A DNA stretch of 64,000 nt from a virus (lineage: Duplodnaviria > Heunggongvirae > Uroviricota > Caudoviricetes), in the IMG/VR virus record IMGVR_UViG_3300037312_000757; one strand, given 5' to 3'. Position 1 is the first letter of the stretch. The number at the start of each line of letters is the position of its first letter. Positions 47,268 through 57,337 of this stretch are shown here, one piece after another. Below the pieces are notes generated by a model. The model ran no database searches, was not told where the DNA came from, and saw only the letters and a program-made list of their open reading frames with translations. Both the position numbers and the translations under genes were made by a program.

Positions 47268-47766
47268 AGACGATCTTTGTGATGTCTAATACGTCAGGCA
47301 GCTTGTTTGTGTCTTTCACGAAATAGACACAGAGTGGTGAATCACCATCCTCAACAGGCACAGCCAGAATATGACCGTACTTGAGTTTAGGGAAATACCA
47401 ATTCACATCTGGGAAGATGTTCAAGATGGTGATATCCAAGAAGTGTGGCATATAGCCATTAATTGGATTCATAGCAAACGCCGTAAATTCACGGTCGTTG
47501 ATATTCTTCAGTTCCAAGATCTCCATTGCACCGCTAATCTTGTCAACAATCATGATTGACCAATCAAGTGGCATTTGGATACGATACGGCCCGAGTTGCA
47601 AGTCTGCGGCAGGACGTGGAAAGTTATCCAAAAAGATCAAAGGAATGAAGAAAAAGTCAACGTCCTGCTGATTGCTGTAATCCAACACACAGTATCGGAG
47701 ATCATCCACCTCATCAGGGATCTCGTTCATATCGAACGATTTGTTTTCGGGTAGAAGTATTCTCAT
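47266..47766 (-). CDS. conserved jumbo-phage hypothetical protein
   Basis: D.FFIPLIFL...MP.DW...WYFPKLK. Confidence 0.8.
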   Translation of the reverse strand: MRILLPENKSFDMNEIPDEVDDLRYCVLDYSNQQDVDFFFIPLIFLDNFPRPAADLQLGPYRIQMPLDWSIMIVDKISGAMEILELKNINDREFTAFAMNPINGYMPHFLDITILNIFPDVNWYFPKLKYGHILAVPVEDGDSPLCVYFVKDTNKLPDVLDITKIV

Positions 47767-49280
47767 TTCTTTTTCTTTAAAATAAGTGAATCGCCGTCCA
47801 CATCTTGAAGGTATTTCACCTTCGTGGTTTGATATGGATAATTCGCATCCTTGTAGTAGGACTTACGCTTCGACAGATGCTTCGTACTATACTTGAGTGT
47901 GCTGGTAATGTCGAAAATCGCGACATAATCTTTGTCCTTGGCCTTACGAATACCACGACCAATACTTTGAATCACACGCACAAAACTCTTACCGGGTTCA
48001 ACTAACACCAAGTTAAAGATACGAGGAATGTTAATACCCACCGCAGCAACACCATATGTTGCAATGATGATCTTATTGGATGACGTATTTACTTCATCAT
48101 ACTGCTCAAAACGTTCTGAGTTCTTGGTTTGGCCATACACAAACACGCTGTCAGGGATGAGTGCCTTCAGCATATGTCCAGTTTCAACCTTCGCCACCAG
48201 AATCAAAGTGTTACCGTCAGCGTTTACAGTCTGAGCAAATTTGGCTACCCACTCCATGCGTCGCTTGTCTGACACTAGGTAATCATGCTCTTCAGCATAT
48301 GAACTATGCTCGACATGGTCGTCGTCAAGTTGAACGATATTGATATCGCATTTTGACAACACGCCCTTTTCTTGCAGTTCTGCCGCTGTGATATGCCCCA
48401 CAACGTCACCAAGACCGACCTTCAAGCTGACCTTGTCCATTTCGTCTTTAGGGACAGTGCCAGTAACACCCCAACGCAAGGGAACACGCGCCAGAGGGCC
48501 AGTAAGCAATGTTTTCAGATCATTTGACTTTGCTGAGTGAACTTCGTCAACGATAACCGCGACCATGCCTTCCAGGAATTCGCCGATAGTGTATTCGTCA
48601 GCTTCACCGGCGGCGGTCTTCTTCATCAGTGCAGCAAGTGACTGCCATGTTGAGATAGTATGAGTTTTGTTCAGTTCCTTGCGCTCACCGTAGTAAACAC
48701 CAACATCCAATCCCATGTTGCGATAGTCAATTTCAGTTTGTACAACTAATGACTTAGATGGGACGATGACAATAGAACGGCCATACTTCTCGGCCATCAA
48801 ACTCAGAACCGCAGTCAACAGGGTCTTGCCGGCACCAGTTGAAATTTCTTGGATGCAAGCATGGTTTTTCAGAAACGTATTGATAGCTCCGACTTGATAG
48901 TCACGAACCATAATAGGCTCACCTTCGGCTGGGTGACCCTTTGGCCAGCAGCGTTCGGAAACCACAAACTCGTCAATCTCATCAAATTCGAAGTCCCAAA
49001 CTGGTCGTTCGTCGATAATTTCGAGATCACGTTCGAGATCGTAGCCATTCTCTGCCAGGATTGGCAGAATACGATCCAGCAAATTGAGGTATGATGCACC
49101 ACCTACAGTAGCGAAGCTGACTGTGCCGTCCCAACGACCCAGCTTGTAAGCTGGCGTGTGACGTGCGTGTGGCATGAAATACTTGAGACCTTCTACAATC
49201 TTTCTTCGGGTATGGGGATCAAGATCAACAAACTTGATATTGACCTCATCCTCGATTTTCAAGATTACCTTTTGTGACAT
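47763..49280 (-). CDS. uvsW: SF2 helicase UvsW
   Basis: WDG, RDYQ, TGAGKT, DEVH, TGT, QSIGRGIR. Confidence 0.9.
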   Translation of the reverse strand: MSQKVILKIEDEVNIKFVDLDPHTRRKIVEGLKYFMPHARHTPAYKLGRWDGTVSFATVGGASYLNLLDRILPILAENGYDLERDLEIIDERPVWDFEFDEIDEFVVSERCWPKGHPAEGEPIMVRDYQVGAINTFLKNHACIQEISTGAGKTLLTAVLSLMAEKYGRSIVIVPSKSLVVQTEIDYRNMGLDVGVYYGERKELNKTHTISTWQSLAALMKKTAAGEADEYTIGEFLEGMVAVIVDEVHSAKSNDLKTLLTGPLARVPLRWGVTGTVPKDEMDKVSLKVGLGDVVGHITAAELQEKGVLSKCDINIVQLDDDHVEHSSYAEEHDYLVSDKRRMEWVAKFAQTVNADGNTLILVAKVETGHMLKALIPDSVFVYGQTKNSERFEQYDEVNTSSNKIIIATYGVAAVGINIPRIFNLVLVEPGKSFVRVIQSIGRGIRKAKDKDYVAIFDITSTLKYSTKHLSKRKSYYKDANYPYQTTKVKYLQDVDGDSLILKKKK

Positions 49281-49410
49281 TCTTGTTGTAATTTTGCCTG
49301 AAAGACTGGTTTATTCCAGTTCTTATGGACAGGTATTTTACAACCAGCTATTCACTTTCAGCAAAATGTAAAAGGCCCCACAATGCGTGGGGCTCGTCTA
49401 CAACAAGAAT

Positions 49411-50259
49411 TTACTTGATGAGGTCTGTGTAGATGTTCAGCAGTGGTGCCAGCCTGTTAGGTGTAATGGTTAGGAAGCCGGCGTTCTGGAGAGTTTTGTT
49501 GCTTCCCTGATCAAAGAACGTATGGAACTCAGTGTCAGGGAACATTGCAGGAAATGCTTGAATGAAGTTTCGTGTGTCATGCCACTCAAGCTTCCGTTCG
49601 CGGAAATAAGGATCGTTGTTGAAGCGATGAACGAAAGTATTCATCGCCATGCCGATGATCAAGTGCTTGAATTCATACCCAAGCATGTTGTAGTCAACCA
49701 GCCGATCACTCTCTTTCACCTTATCAGTGTAAAATTGAAAATGCTGAGTAGCAACAACACCCGATTGATTGACGCAGATTCCGTGCCGTAGTGCGCGAAG
49801 TGCTTGGTGTGTCAACTTGCCAGGAGTAGCGATCACGATGTCTTCAGTCAAGCCGGTGAAGTTTTCTTCGAGCTCTTGGTACTTGATGTTCGCCTGAGTG
49901 AGAAAATTCTTCACAGCGTTGATGCTATTGGACTTGCCGTCCGATGTAAGGAACGTAATCGGTTTCAAGCCACTAGCCAGTGCTGTCAACAGCATCACAC
50001 TGAGCATATCGTACTGCGTCTTAGCAAAGACCATACAGCGCCAGTCGCAATCCGCAGCGTATTCGATAGCGGGACGCAACTCGTCAGTAGCAAGCGTGGC
50101 AAGGTCGGCTGGTAGCGTTTTGTAGAAGCTTTTGGTGTCGAACACTTCAAGCTTCGCAAGATCAGCGACCACCGGGTCGATATTGATGTTCATCATCGAA
50201 CTGTAGCGCATGAGCTTGCGAGCATTCGCCGGCGTTGGTACTACTTCAAAAGTATTCAT
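49411..50259 (-). CDS. hypothetical protein
   Basis: 282-aa ORF. Confidence 0.65.
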   Translation of the reverse strand: MNTFEVVPTPANARKLMRYSSMMNINIDPVVADLAKLEVFDTKSFYKTLPADLATLATDELRPAIEYAADCDWRCMVFAKTQYDMLSVMLLTALASGLKPITFLTSDGKSNSINAVKNFLTQANIKYQELEENFTGLTEDIVIATPGKLTHQALRALRHGICVNQSGVVATQHFQFYTDKVKESDRLVDYNMLGYEFKHLIIGMAMNTFVHRFNNDPYFRERKLEWHDTRNFIQAFPAMFPDTEFHTFFDQGSNKTLQNAGFLTITPNRLAPLLNIYTDLIK

Positions 50260-50903
50260 ACGGCTTCACCACCCATCGTTGCTTCGACCATTTGAGCCAA
50301 AAAGACATTGTTCGGGATTGTAACACGAAGGTTGCCAGTCTCGTTGTCATACGTGACTGTGGGCACCTTGTCCCGTTGCTGGGTGACTTTCATGAAGTAT
50401 TCGAGAACCGCATGATCGTATGCAAACTTGTGCCGCTTGATCAACGACTGGATGGCTTCAACATTTCCACTGGTGACTGACGCAACCCAGACACGACACT
50501 TCTTGTTGAAGTAAGGGCGTTCTTTGTTGTTGCGGTTCTTCAGCGCTTTGAGATCTACGACGACCGTTTGGTCGAGCTTGAAGCGAAATGCGATTTTGTT
50601 ACCACCCAAGTATCGCACTTCGCGAGGAATGTTCTGACTTTGCCAGACAGGCCGCTGATAGGCAGGGTTGCTGATTGCCTGTTGGATCTCTGCAACTTGC
50701 TTGCCTAGCACCTTCACCAAATGACTAGCATGCTGATTGGCTAATTTGAGAATCACTTGAGATTGAGCGGTTGACAATGCACGGCCACCGTAAGCAACGG
50801 TGTCATGCACGTTCATGATGAAGTTGCTCTTCCACGGATCCTTCTCGTGGCCGGTCAATACGAGATCGTTCAGCCCAGACAGCAAATTCTCTACGGTTAG
50901 CAT
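50256..50903 (-). CDS. hypothetical protein
   Basis: 215-aa ORF. Confidence 0.7.
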   Translation of the reverse strand: MLTVENLLSGLNDLVLTGHEKDPWKSNFIMNVHDTVAYGGRALSTAQSQVILKLANQHASHLVKVLGKQVAEIQQAISNPAYQRPVWQSQNIPREVRYLGGNKIAFRFKLDQTVVVDLKALKNRNNKERPYFNKKCRVWVASVTSGNVEAIQSLIKRHKFAYDHAVLEYFMKVTQQRDKVPTVTYDNETGNLRVTIPNNVFLAQMVEATMGGEAV

Positions 50904-50958
50904 ACGTGTTTCCTAAAGTATGCCAAAGTATAACGCAATATTCTAACTGGCAACAAGA

Positions 50959-51333
50959 CTATCGCGGTGGTTCTGGCTTGGCGATGATTCGATAGAACAG
51001 CGTAGGATACATGAGCTTCAACTGAATCGCAGTTTCTTCATCAACTTCTAGCCACTGGCCGTACCATTTATGGTCAGGCCGTTCACCCTCGTAGAGTGCA
51101 AGACCGTCCATCCAAACGATGTTACCGTAGCCTTCTTCCAATCGCCATTTGGCGGCAAACATTGGAATTCTGAGCTTATTGCCGGCTGGGTAACCAAGCG
51201 TGTCGTTTAACCAGCCTAGCATATCTGTCTGCTCTTCTGTGAGATTGAGCACCAAATCATTCGCATCGTAGCGAAATGTAGCCATGCCGTAGTACCGTGG
51301 TACGCTATTGATCTTTACTTCTAGTCGATACAT
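50959..51333 (-). CDS. 'FKLxW'-like family protein
   Basis: GWLNDTLG...DEETAIQLKLMYP. Confidence 0.65.
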   Translation of the reverse strand: MYRLEVKINSVPRYYGMATFRYDANDLVLNLTEEQTDMLGWLNDTLGYPAGNKLRIPMFAAKWRLEEGYGNIVWMDGLALYEGERPDHKWYGQWLEVDEETAIQLKLMYPTLFYRIIAKPEPPR

Positions 51334-51598
51334 GTGGAAATCTCAAACGGTATTCAACTGCTAGTGGTGTATCAAAGATGTGCAGAGTGTGCTCTCTGAT
51401 TGACCACACGTCACTGTAGACGGTGAATGTATGTTGGTCGTATGACACTTTTGTTGCTTGTTCAACTAACCAATCGAAAGCTTCTTGCACTGGACGAGAG
51501 GGGCAGTAATGTCGCCATGGTGGATCTTCACCTTGTCTGTACATTAGATGCCAGTCATCTCCAAAGTAGAAAGTGTACATGATTGTGAAGAAAGCCAT
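51305..51598 (-). CDS. 'FKLxW'-like family protein
   Basis: DWLVEQ...DTPLAVEYRLRFP. Confidence 0.6.
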   Translation of the reverse strand: MAFFTIMYTFYFGDDWHLMYRQGEDPPWRHYCPSRPVQEAFDWLVEQATKVSYDQHTFTVYSDVWSIREHTLHIFDTPLAVEYRLRFPHVSTRSKDQ

Positions 51599-51630
51599 CT
51601 TTCGATGGCTTTCTTTGCAATGTGGCTTGC

Positions 51631-52098
51631 TTAAATTGATGCGTCTTCAATACCTGCAACACGCAGCTTCGTAATGTTACCAAGCTGGAAGTGCAAGTAT
51701 TCCAAACCCTTCATAATCGCAAGGAACTTGTTACGCGTGAGCGCAACCTGGTTAATGAGCAGTGCAAGGTCAAGCACCTTTGGATCAGCATCAGCATACT
51801 TGTCAGCGTCACGACTGGTTAGTTGTCGTGCATACTTCTCCATGTAGAACTGATAACGCTCACCCTTAATTTTGCGCAACTGAATGTTCAAATATTCAAG
51901 GATTGCTTCAAGCTCTTGCAATTGTGCAAAACGATATGCTGACCAACCAGGAATCAGTTTTGCAATGTGTTCGATCTTACCCTTTGTTTTCACCTCGGCG
52001 AGTGCGTCTGCGTGCTCTTGTTCATAGTGCAACAAACATTCGACGAGGGGTGTTAGATCTTCGGGATCCGCAGTAATGCGGCCATACCACCCGCTCAT
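51631..52098 (-). CDS. uvsY: recombination mediator UvsY-like
   Basis: QLQELEAILEYL...FQLGNITKLRVAG; next to uvsX. Confidence 0.75.
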   Translation of the reverse strand: MSGWYGRITADPEDLTPLVECLLHYEQEHADALAEVKTKGKIEHIAKLIPGWSAYRFAQLQELEAILEYLNIQLRKIKGERYQFYMEKYARQLTSRDADKYADADPKVLDLALLINQVALTRNKFLAIMKGLEYLHFQLGNITKLRVAGIEDASI

Positions 52099-52113
52099 TT
52101 ATTTTTTGTCCTT

Positions 52114-52374
52114 TTAATCGAAGTCTAGTTCGCGATAGTCATCATCGTCCTCGTCTTCATCATCGACGATTTCCATGCCAAATAACGCTTCATACGCATT
52201 ATGCAGGTTGCGGTCTTCCTCCGCAATAATCCCCAACTCTTTTGCCTCAACCCCGAAGTTGATCAACGTGCTGAGGAATTCCTCAGCAACGTCGTCACGT
52301 GATTTCGAAGGGATGAAGTCTTTGACGGAGTCCCAGAGTTCCAGGAGCATCTCAACTTCAACTTCAACGCTCAT
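52114..52374 (-). CDS. conserved acidic hypothetical protein
   Basis: ELW..VK.FI..K.R..VA. Confidence 0.7.
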   Translation of the reverse strand: MSVEVEVEMLLELWDSVKDFIPSKSRDDVAEEFLSTLINFGVEAKELGIIAEEDRNLHNAYEALFGMEIVDDEDEDDDDYRELDFD

Positions 52375-52375
52375 C

Positions 52376-53446
52376 TTATTCTTCGTCCTCAACTACTGGG
52401 TCAACCAGGTTGGCTTCATCAGCGCCCAGCTTCGTGTTCCACTCAAGCATAATCTGCATGAGCAGGTCATCTGAAATCTGCTTGCGGAACAACTTGTGTT
52501 CCGTGCCGTCGTTAGCCACATATTTCAGCTTGTTACCATCCTTCACGAGAACATTCTTGCTCTCGAACAACTCGATCAGACCAGAGTATGGATCCATGCC
52601 TGTGTCGTATGGAATCTTGACTTCCATTGTTTCGAATGGTTTCGCATAACGTGACTTCATGACCTTAATCGCTGCGCGAATACCAGTCACATCTGAAGTC
52701 TTGTTGCCATCAGCGTCTTCCTTCAGCTTACGCTTCTGCATCGCAACCACAATTGATGCAGCATACACAACACCCTGGCCACCAGAGATCTTGTCATCTG
52801 GGTCAAACATGTCTTGTGACGCATATGAGTGGTTGGTTGTGACCAGACCAACATCATATTCACCGAACATGTTGGTAACGTTTGTCACCAGCGCCTTCAG
52901 TGCCTTTGGCTTACGACCCATGTCACCCTTCAGCTCACCAGCTTCAAACTGTGCAACGTCAGTTGCAGTCATCAGCATGCCCAGTGAGTCGATGATGAAC
53001 ATAACCTTTGGTCGTTCTGTAGCATCGAGTGAACCGTAGTTCGTTTTGTAGTCCTTCATGAAGTCGCTGATGATCTTAGCCACGTCATCGATCATCGCTG
53101 CGCTAATACGCATCAGCTTTGTCTCATCCGTGTCAACGCCAAGTGCCTTCAACCATGCTTCATCAAGTGCGTTTTCCGTGTCAATCATGACAACGAAAAT
53201 ACCTTGTTTCTGTGCTTCGCGCGCAATGTTGCCCGACACGATAAACGACTTGCCTGAGCCTGACTGACCAGCAAACATTGTTGACTTACCAAGAGGAACA
53301 CCCTTGAAGAAGTCGTTTGAGATCATATAGTTCAGTGCATAGTTGCCAGTGCTGACCCAAGTCTTTGGGTCATTAAAGCCAATGCTAATGCCGTTAATGG
53401 CACTAGTGATTGACTTTCTGAATTTGGATACGTCGATTGCCTTCAT
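52376..53446 (-). CDS. uvsX: RecA-like recombinase UvsX
   Basis: STGNYALN, GQSGSGKS, IDTENA, IDSLG, TNH.Y, SGG. Confidence 0.92.
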   Translation of the reverse strand: MKAIDVSKFRKSITSAINGISIGFNDPKTWVSTGNYALNYMISNDFFKGVPLGKSTMFAGQSGSGKSFIVSGNIAREAQKQGIFVVMIDTENALDEAWLKALGVDTDETKLMRISAAMIDDVAKIISDFMKDYKTNYGSLDATERPKVMFIIDSLGMLMTATDVAQFEAGELKGDMGRKPKALKALVTNVTNMFGEYDVGLVTTNHSYASQDMFDPDDKISGGQGVVYAASIVVAMQKRKLKEDADGNKTSDVTGIRAAIKVMKSRYAKPFETMEVKIPYDTGMDPYSGLIELFESKNVLVKDGNKLKYVANDGTEHKLFRKQISDDLLMQIMLEWNTKLGADEANLVDPVVEDEE

Positions 53447-53530
53447 TGTTATTATCTTTGCCAATTTTTAGTGTGAACATCGCAGCGGGAAGTCATTGCT
53501 GACTTCCCTGACAAACATGACTAATTGGAA

Positions 53531-54502
53531 TTAGTTTGTTGTGCGAGCCTTGATACGTGCAAGGATATCTTGCGCGTTTGGCTTACCAGCTGCTGCGGCT
53601 GGTGCTGCTGGAGCTGACACTGCTGGAGTGTATGACTCTTCGTGTGACTCATCCTGAGCAGGAGTAAAGCGTGGTGCTGCCGCTGCTGGAGCTGCTGCGC
53701 CGCCTTGCTTGAATGCGCCTTGTGGACGGTAAACCGAACCGTAGCTTGCTGAGTCGAATGGACGACCAGCCAGGCTGTCTTCGAACATGGCCTTGATCAT
53801 GTCAATGCCATCACGGTCTGGACGTGCGCCCAGGAATTCCTTCAGGTTCCACAAACCATATTGATCAACCGCTGCCAGTTCTGTGTCGTTCAAAGCACGA
53901 ACCTTGAATGACCACTGTGAAGTTGAGTAGTTTGCGTACTCGCCCTTCTTTGTCTTTGTCAGCTTGAAGTCACGACCACCGATGAAGTCGGTTGGCAGAT
54001 CTTCCATTTCTGGGTTCATCAGTGAGTTCTTGATGATCTCATAGATGGATGGGTTGATGATAAAGCGACGGATTGGATTTTCCGGTGCGTTTTGTTCTTC
54101 AAACGCGCTGTTCACAACAAAACCTTGGAACAGGTAGCTCTTCTTCTTGTAGTAAACGCGAGCCAAGTCCTTCTTGCTTTCGTCCTTCCACCATGGGCGG
54201 ATGGCTTCAGTAATCGGGCAGCGGTCACCGAACATGTCAACGCAAGGAACTTGAACTGTAACTTCGTTGTCTGATTGACCAACCACACCGCTGAACGGCA
54301 GCTTGATGATCTGACGTTCTTGCCAGAAGAATGTGTTGTCTTGGTCGCCGTCAGGAAGGAAACGGATCAGGGAAGTTTGACCTTCTGGTGTGTTCCAGAA
54401 TGGATAGGACGCGTTGTCGCCAGTGCTTTGTGCTGGACGCTCGCCGCTTGACTTGTTAGCTTGCTCGAGAAGCTTTGCTTGGATTTCTGCCAATGTTGCC
54501 AT
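53531..54502 (-). CDS. single-stranded DNA-binding protein (T4 gp32-like)
   Basis: IRFLPD, C...CP, GRDF, YANYSTS. Confidence 0.88.
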   Translation of the reverse strand: MATLAEIQAKLLEQANKSSGERPAQSTGDNASYPFWNTPEGQTSLIRFLPDGDQDNTFFWQERQIIKLPFSGVVGQSDNEVTVQVPCVDMFGDRCPITEAIRPWWKDESKKDLARVYYKKKSYLFQGFVVNSAFEEQNAPENPIRRFIINPSIYEIIKNSLMNPEMEDLPTDFIGGRDFKLTKTKKGEYANYSTSQWSFKVRALNDTELAAVDQYGLWNLKEFLGARPDRDGIDMIKAMFEDSLAGRPFDSASYGSVYRPQGAFKQGGAAAPAAAAPRFTPAQDESHEESYTPAVSAPAAPAAAAGKPNAQDILARIKARTTN

Positions 54503-54669
54503 TTTGTTTGCCTTTATTATTTTTGTTTATTGTTGTTGTAATTTGTAGTTGCCTACTTCTTACAGTTTACGCTACCAGCTCTTAAACTGCAAAATAAAAG
54601 TTTTATATTTTTGTTTGCCTTTATCTTGCCGTTTTCTTTAAGTGCTTCTAGTGTAACTGTGTTTGCCTA
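54502..54669 (-). repeat. repeated AGGCAAACA motifs in ssb leader
   Basis: Exact 16-nt repeat at 54502-54517 and 54609-54624; shorter copies at ~54548 and ~54660. Confidence 0.7.
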
Positions 54670-54810
54670 GACGCCGCAAAATGTTTTTGCGCCGACATTT
54701 TTATTTATCTTCCTGGTTTCTTTCTAGAACACTAGAAATCAATAAAATGGCACATGGTGCATTTCTACACCATGTGCCATGTTACGCTTACCTACGCTGG
54801 TGTGTCAAAA

Positions 54811-57300
54811 TTAGATTTTGTTCAGACCAGCAAGTGTACGCATACGGTCGATCATTGACTGGTCGGCTGTGTGGCCGTCCTTGTCCTTTGATTCAACTTC
54901 ATCAGCAAGGCTGTGTGATTGATCACGTGGCATAATGAAGTCTTCCAGACTCAAACCTTCGATCACATCAAGTGAATCATCGGTGTGACCACCGTCACCT
55001 GAAACATATGACTCGTCTGTTTCTTCGTCTGTTTCGTTGCAAGCACTGCTATCGTGCATGTTTGCGCCATTGTGATCAACGTAACCAGGACCACCAACAG
55101 CTTCATCAACTTCGTCGTCTTGCATACGTGACAGGCGATCTTGCAGCTTGTCATGGCGCATCTTTGTTTCCTTGTACTCAGGATGGAATGCGTTCATGTT
55201 CTTCAGCTTTGCCTTAACACCTGGAAGTTCACGCTTTGCATCTTGGAAGCTGATATCCGATGCTTCGTCGGTACGCTGCTTTTCTTCACGTGCCTTACGA
55301 CGTTCTTCGTCCTTTTCCTTCTTGGATTGAGAATCTTCGTCGTCATTGCGCTTGAATGACTTACCTTCCTCAACAGGTTCGTTACGACGTTGTTCACGGC
55401 GTTCCTTATCCTGCTTCTTCTTCTCATCTGCGTCTTCGTCCTTGTTACGCTTGAATGATTTGCCTTCTTCTACTGGCTCATTCTTACGTTCTTCACGACG
55501 CTTCTGGTCTTCATTGCGCTTTTGCTTGACGTCACCTTCTTCGTCATCATTACGCTTAAATGACTTGCCTTCTTCTACTGGTTCTTGCTTGCGAGAATCA
55601 CGACGCTCTTTGTCGTCCTTCTTCTTTTGATCAACATCTTCGTCTTTATTACGTTTGAAGCTCTTGCCTTCTTCGACAGGTTCCTTCTTGCGTTCTTCAC
55701 GACGTTGCTGGTCTTGCTTCTTCTTGTCATCAGCGTCTTCATCACGATTACGCTTGAATGTCTTACCTTCTGACATCGCGTGCATATGCGCATCGCTAAT
55801 CCAACCTTCATTGCGATCGTCATACCACTTTGCAACGAGCTTACCACCGTATGAAGCAGCTGAGCCATTGTCATCGTCAACATCAATGCTGTGCAGCGCG
55901 TTGAGCCATTGTGACTTGTTCTTGAACCACTTAGCACCGTAAACGCCTTCGTCAGTGCGACGCTTTTCTTCACGTGCTTTACGGCGCTCTTCGTCCTTTT
56001 CCTTCTTTGACTGTGAGTCGTCGTCATTACGCTTGAATGACTTGCCTTCGAACATGGTGTCAACATCAAACTCTGCCATCCAAGCATTGAATGCTTCAAT
56101 CACTTCGTTGTTTTCTGCCAGGCCTTCTTCATCTGGGTCAGCGTTAGCCATTTCGTCTTCTTCGAGATCGTCCATGTCATCCATGTCTTCATCTTCGTGG
56201 AATGCACCGTCTTGGCCTTCGTCTTCCTTGTCATCACCGTCATCTTGAGCACCTGATGGTGAAACAGGCTTTTGTGGTTGCTGTGGCTGCTTTGCCAGAG
56301 CGTCTTGCTGCTTGTCAGCTGAATCGTCCTGTGGGTTTGTAGCTGGACGCATATCTTCTGCTACGTCAACATGCTTGCAAACTGATTCAAGAACAGTGTC
56401 AGCCAGTTCAATACCTTCGATTGCCAGGAATGAACGCAGAGCTTCGACTGACTCGCTCAGTGCTGATTCTGTCAGTGCTTCGCCTTCTGTGATGCGTGCC
56501 GATTCACGAACATATGACGCGTCGTCACGGCAAAGACGCTCGAATGTGTGGCGCAGTGCCTTTGCGCTTTCGCGTACTGACTCACGAACGTTCATAGCTT
56601 CCGCTGGGAGGCTCTTCTGGTGTGCGTAGATGTGATTAGCGACGTTTGACAGATTTGAAAAATCTTGTGCCATACGGATAATTTGCTGACCTACTTCGTC
56701 TGCAAATGTACCACCATGGTTAACGTGTTGTGTCATGGCGCGTGCGCCTGACAGAACGTTCACTGGGAACAAGAAACGTTCTCCTTGTGCGTTCTCGATG
56801 AAGATGCTCTGAATTGAACGTCCACGGCCACCAATCATGTTTTCATTAACACGGGCGCTATGACGAACGATCATTCGAGCATTTTCAAGCTTCAGGTATG
56901 AGCTCTTGCTCGTACCGTACAAACCTTCCATAATGTTCATTGAAGAATACTCCTTTTGCTCTTGTACCGCTGCTTGGGTTGCGAAATCCTTAGGCACGAG
57001 TTGTTTGTTGTACTTGCGGAGATTGAAAAGCACATTGAATTGTGTGGCGATGTGGCGAAGCACTGTCGCAAATTCCATGACTTCAGCAATAGTGATGTGA
57101 TCACTCAAGTACACCTTAATCGCGCTGTTATCCCCGTCCTCAAGCACGCTCACGAGAATGTTGTCATCCTCGAGATAAAAACGGCGAGCGTCTGATGGTT
57201 CAAATACTCGGTTACCATTTTCGTCATAGAGGACAATTTCCTTGCCATAGGCACGAAGTACCTGAAAGGTTTCAAGGGCAAGTTCACTAAAATCGATCAT
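54811..57300 (-). CDS. large head-associated protein with charged repeats
   Basis: R.R.I.SIFIEN..GERF..P...L.GARAM..H N-domain; acidic C-half; TAAATA upstream. Confidence 0.8.
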   Translation of the reverse strand: MIDFSELALETFQVLRAYGKEIVLYDENGNRVFEPSDARRFYLEDDNILVSVLEDGDNSAIKVYLSDHITIAEVMEFATVLRHIATQFNVLFNLRKYNKQLVPKDFATQAAVQEQKEYSSMNIMEGLYGTSKSSYLKLENARMIVRHSARVNENMIGGRGRSIQSIFIENAQGERFLFPVNVLSGARAMTQHVNHGGTFADEVGQQIIRMAQDFSNLSNVANHIYAHQKSLPAEAMNVRESVRESAKALRHTFERLCRDDASYVRESARITEGEALTESALSESVEALRSFLAIEGIELADTVLESVCKHVDVAEDMRPATNPQDDSADKQQDALAKQPQQPQKPVSPSGAQDDGDDKEDEGQDGAFHEDEDMDDMDDLEEDEMANADPDEEGLAENNEVIEAFNAWMAEFDVDTMFEGKSFKRNDDDSQSKKEKDEERRKAREEKRRTDEGVYGAKWFKNKSQWLNALHSIDVDDDNGSAASYGGKLVAKWYDDRNEGWISDAHMHAMSEGKTFKRNRDEDADDKKKQDQQRREERKKEPVEEGKSFKRNKDEDVDQKKKDDKERRDSRKQEPVEEGKSFKRNDDEEGDVKQKRNEDQKRREERKNEPVEEGKSFKRNKDEDADEKKKQDKERREQRRNEPVEEGKSFKRNDDEDSQSKKEKDEERRKAREEKQRTDEASDISFQDAKRELPGVKAKLKNMNAFHPEYKETKMRHDKLQDRLSRMQDDEVDEAVGGPGYVDHNGANMHDSSACNETDEETDESYVSGDGGHTDDSLDVIEGLSLEDFIMPRDQSHSLADEVESKDKDGHTADQSMIDRMRTLAGLNKI
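55262..56049 (-). repeat. six ~33-35-aa coding repeats EGK(S/T)FKRN...
   Basis: Visible in translation; five tandem plus one separated copy. Confidence 0.9.
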
Positions 57301-57337
57301 TGGTTATCCGATTGGGTTAATAACTAGACTTATTTAT

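Noticed and set aside
7494-53267. Numerous long plus-strand ORFs (e.g. 7494..8060, 11514..12182, 33209..33721, 36284..37054)
   Set aside because: Antisense shadows of well-supported minus-strand genes, with no recognisable motifs
55262-56049. CRISPR array
   Set aside because: In-frame coding repeats with synonymous variation; no CRISPR repeat-spacer array or cas operon was seen in the window
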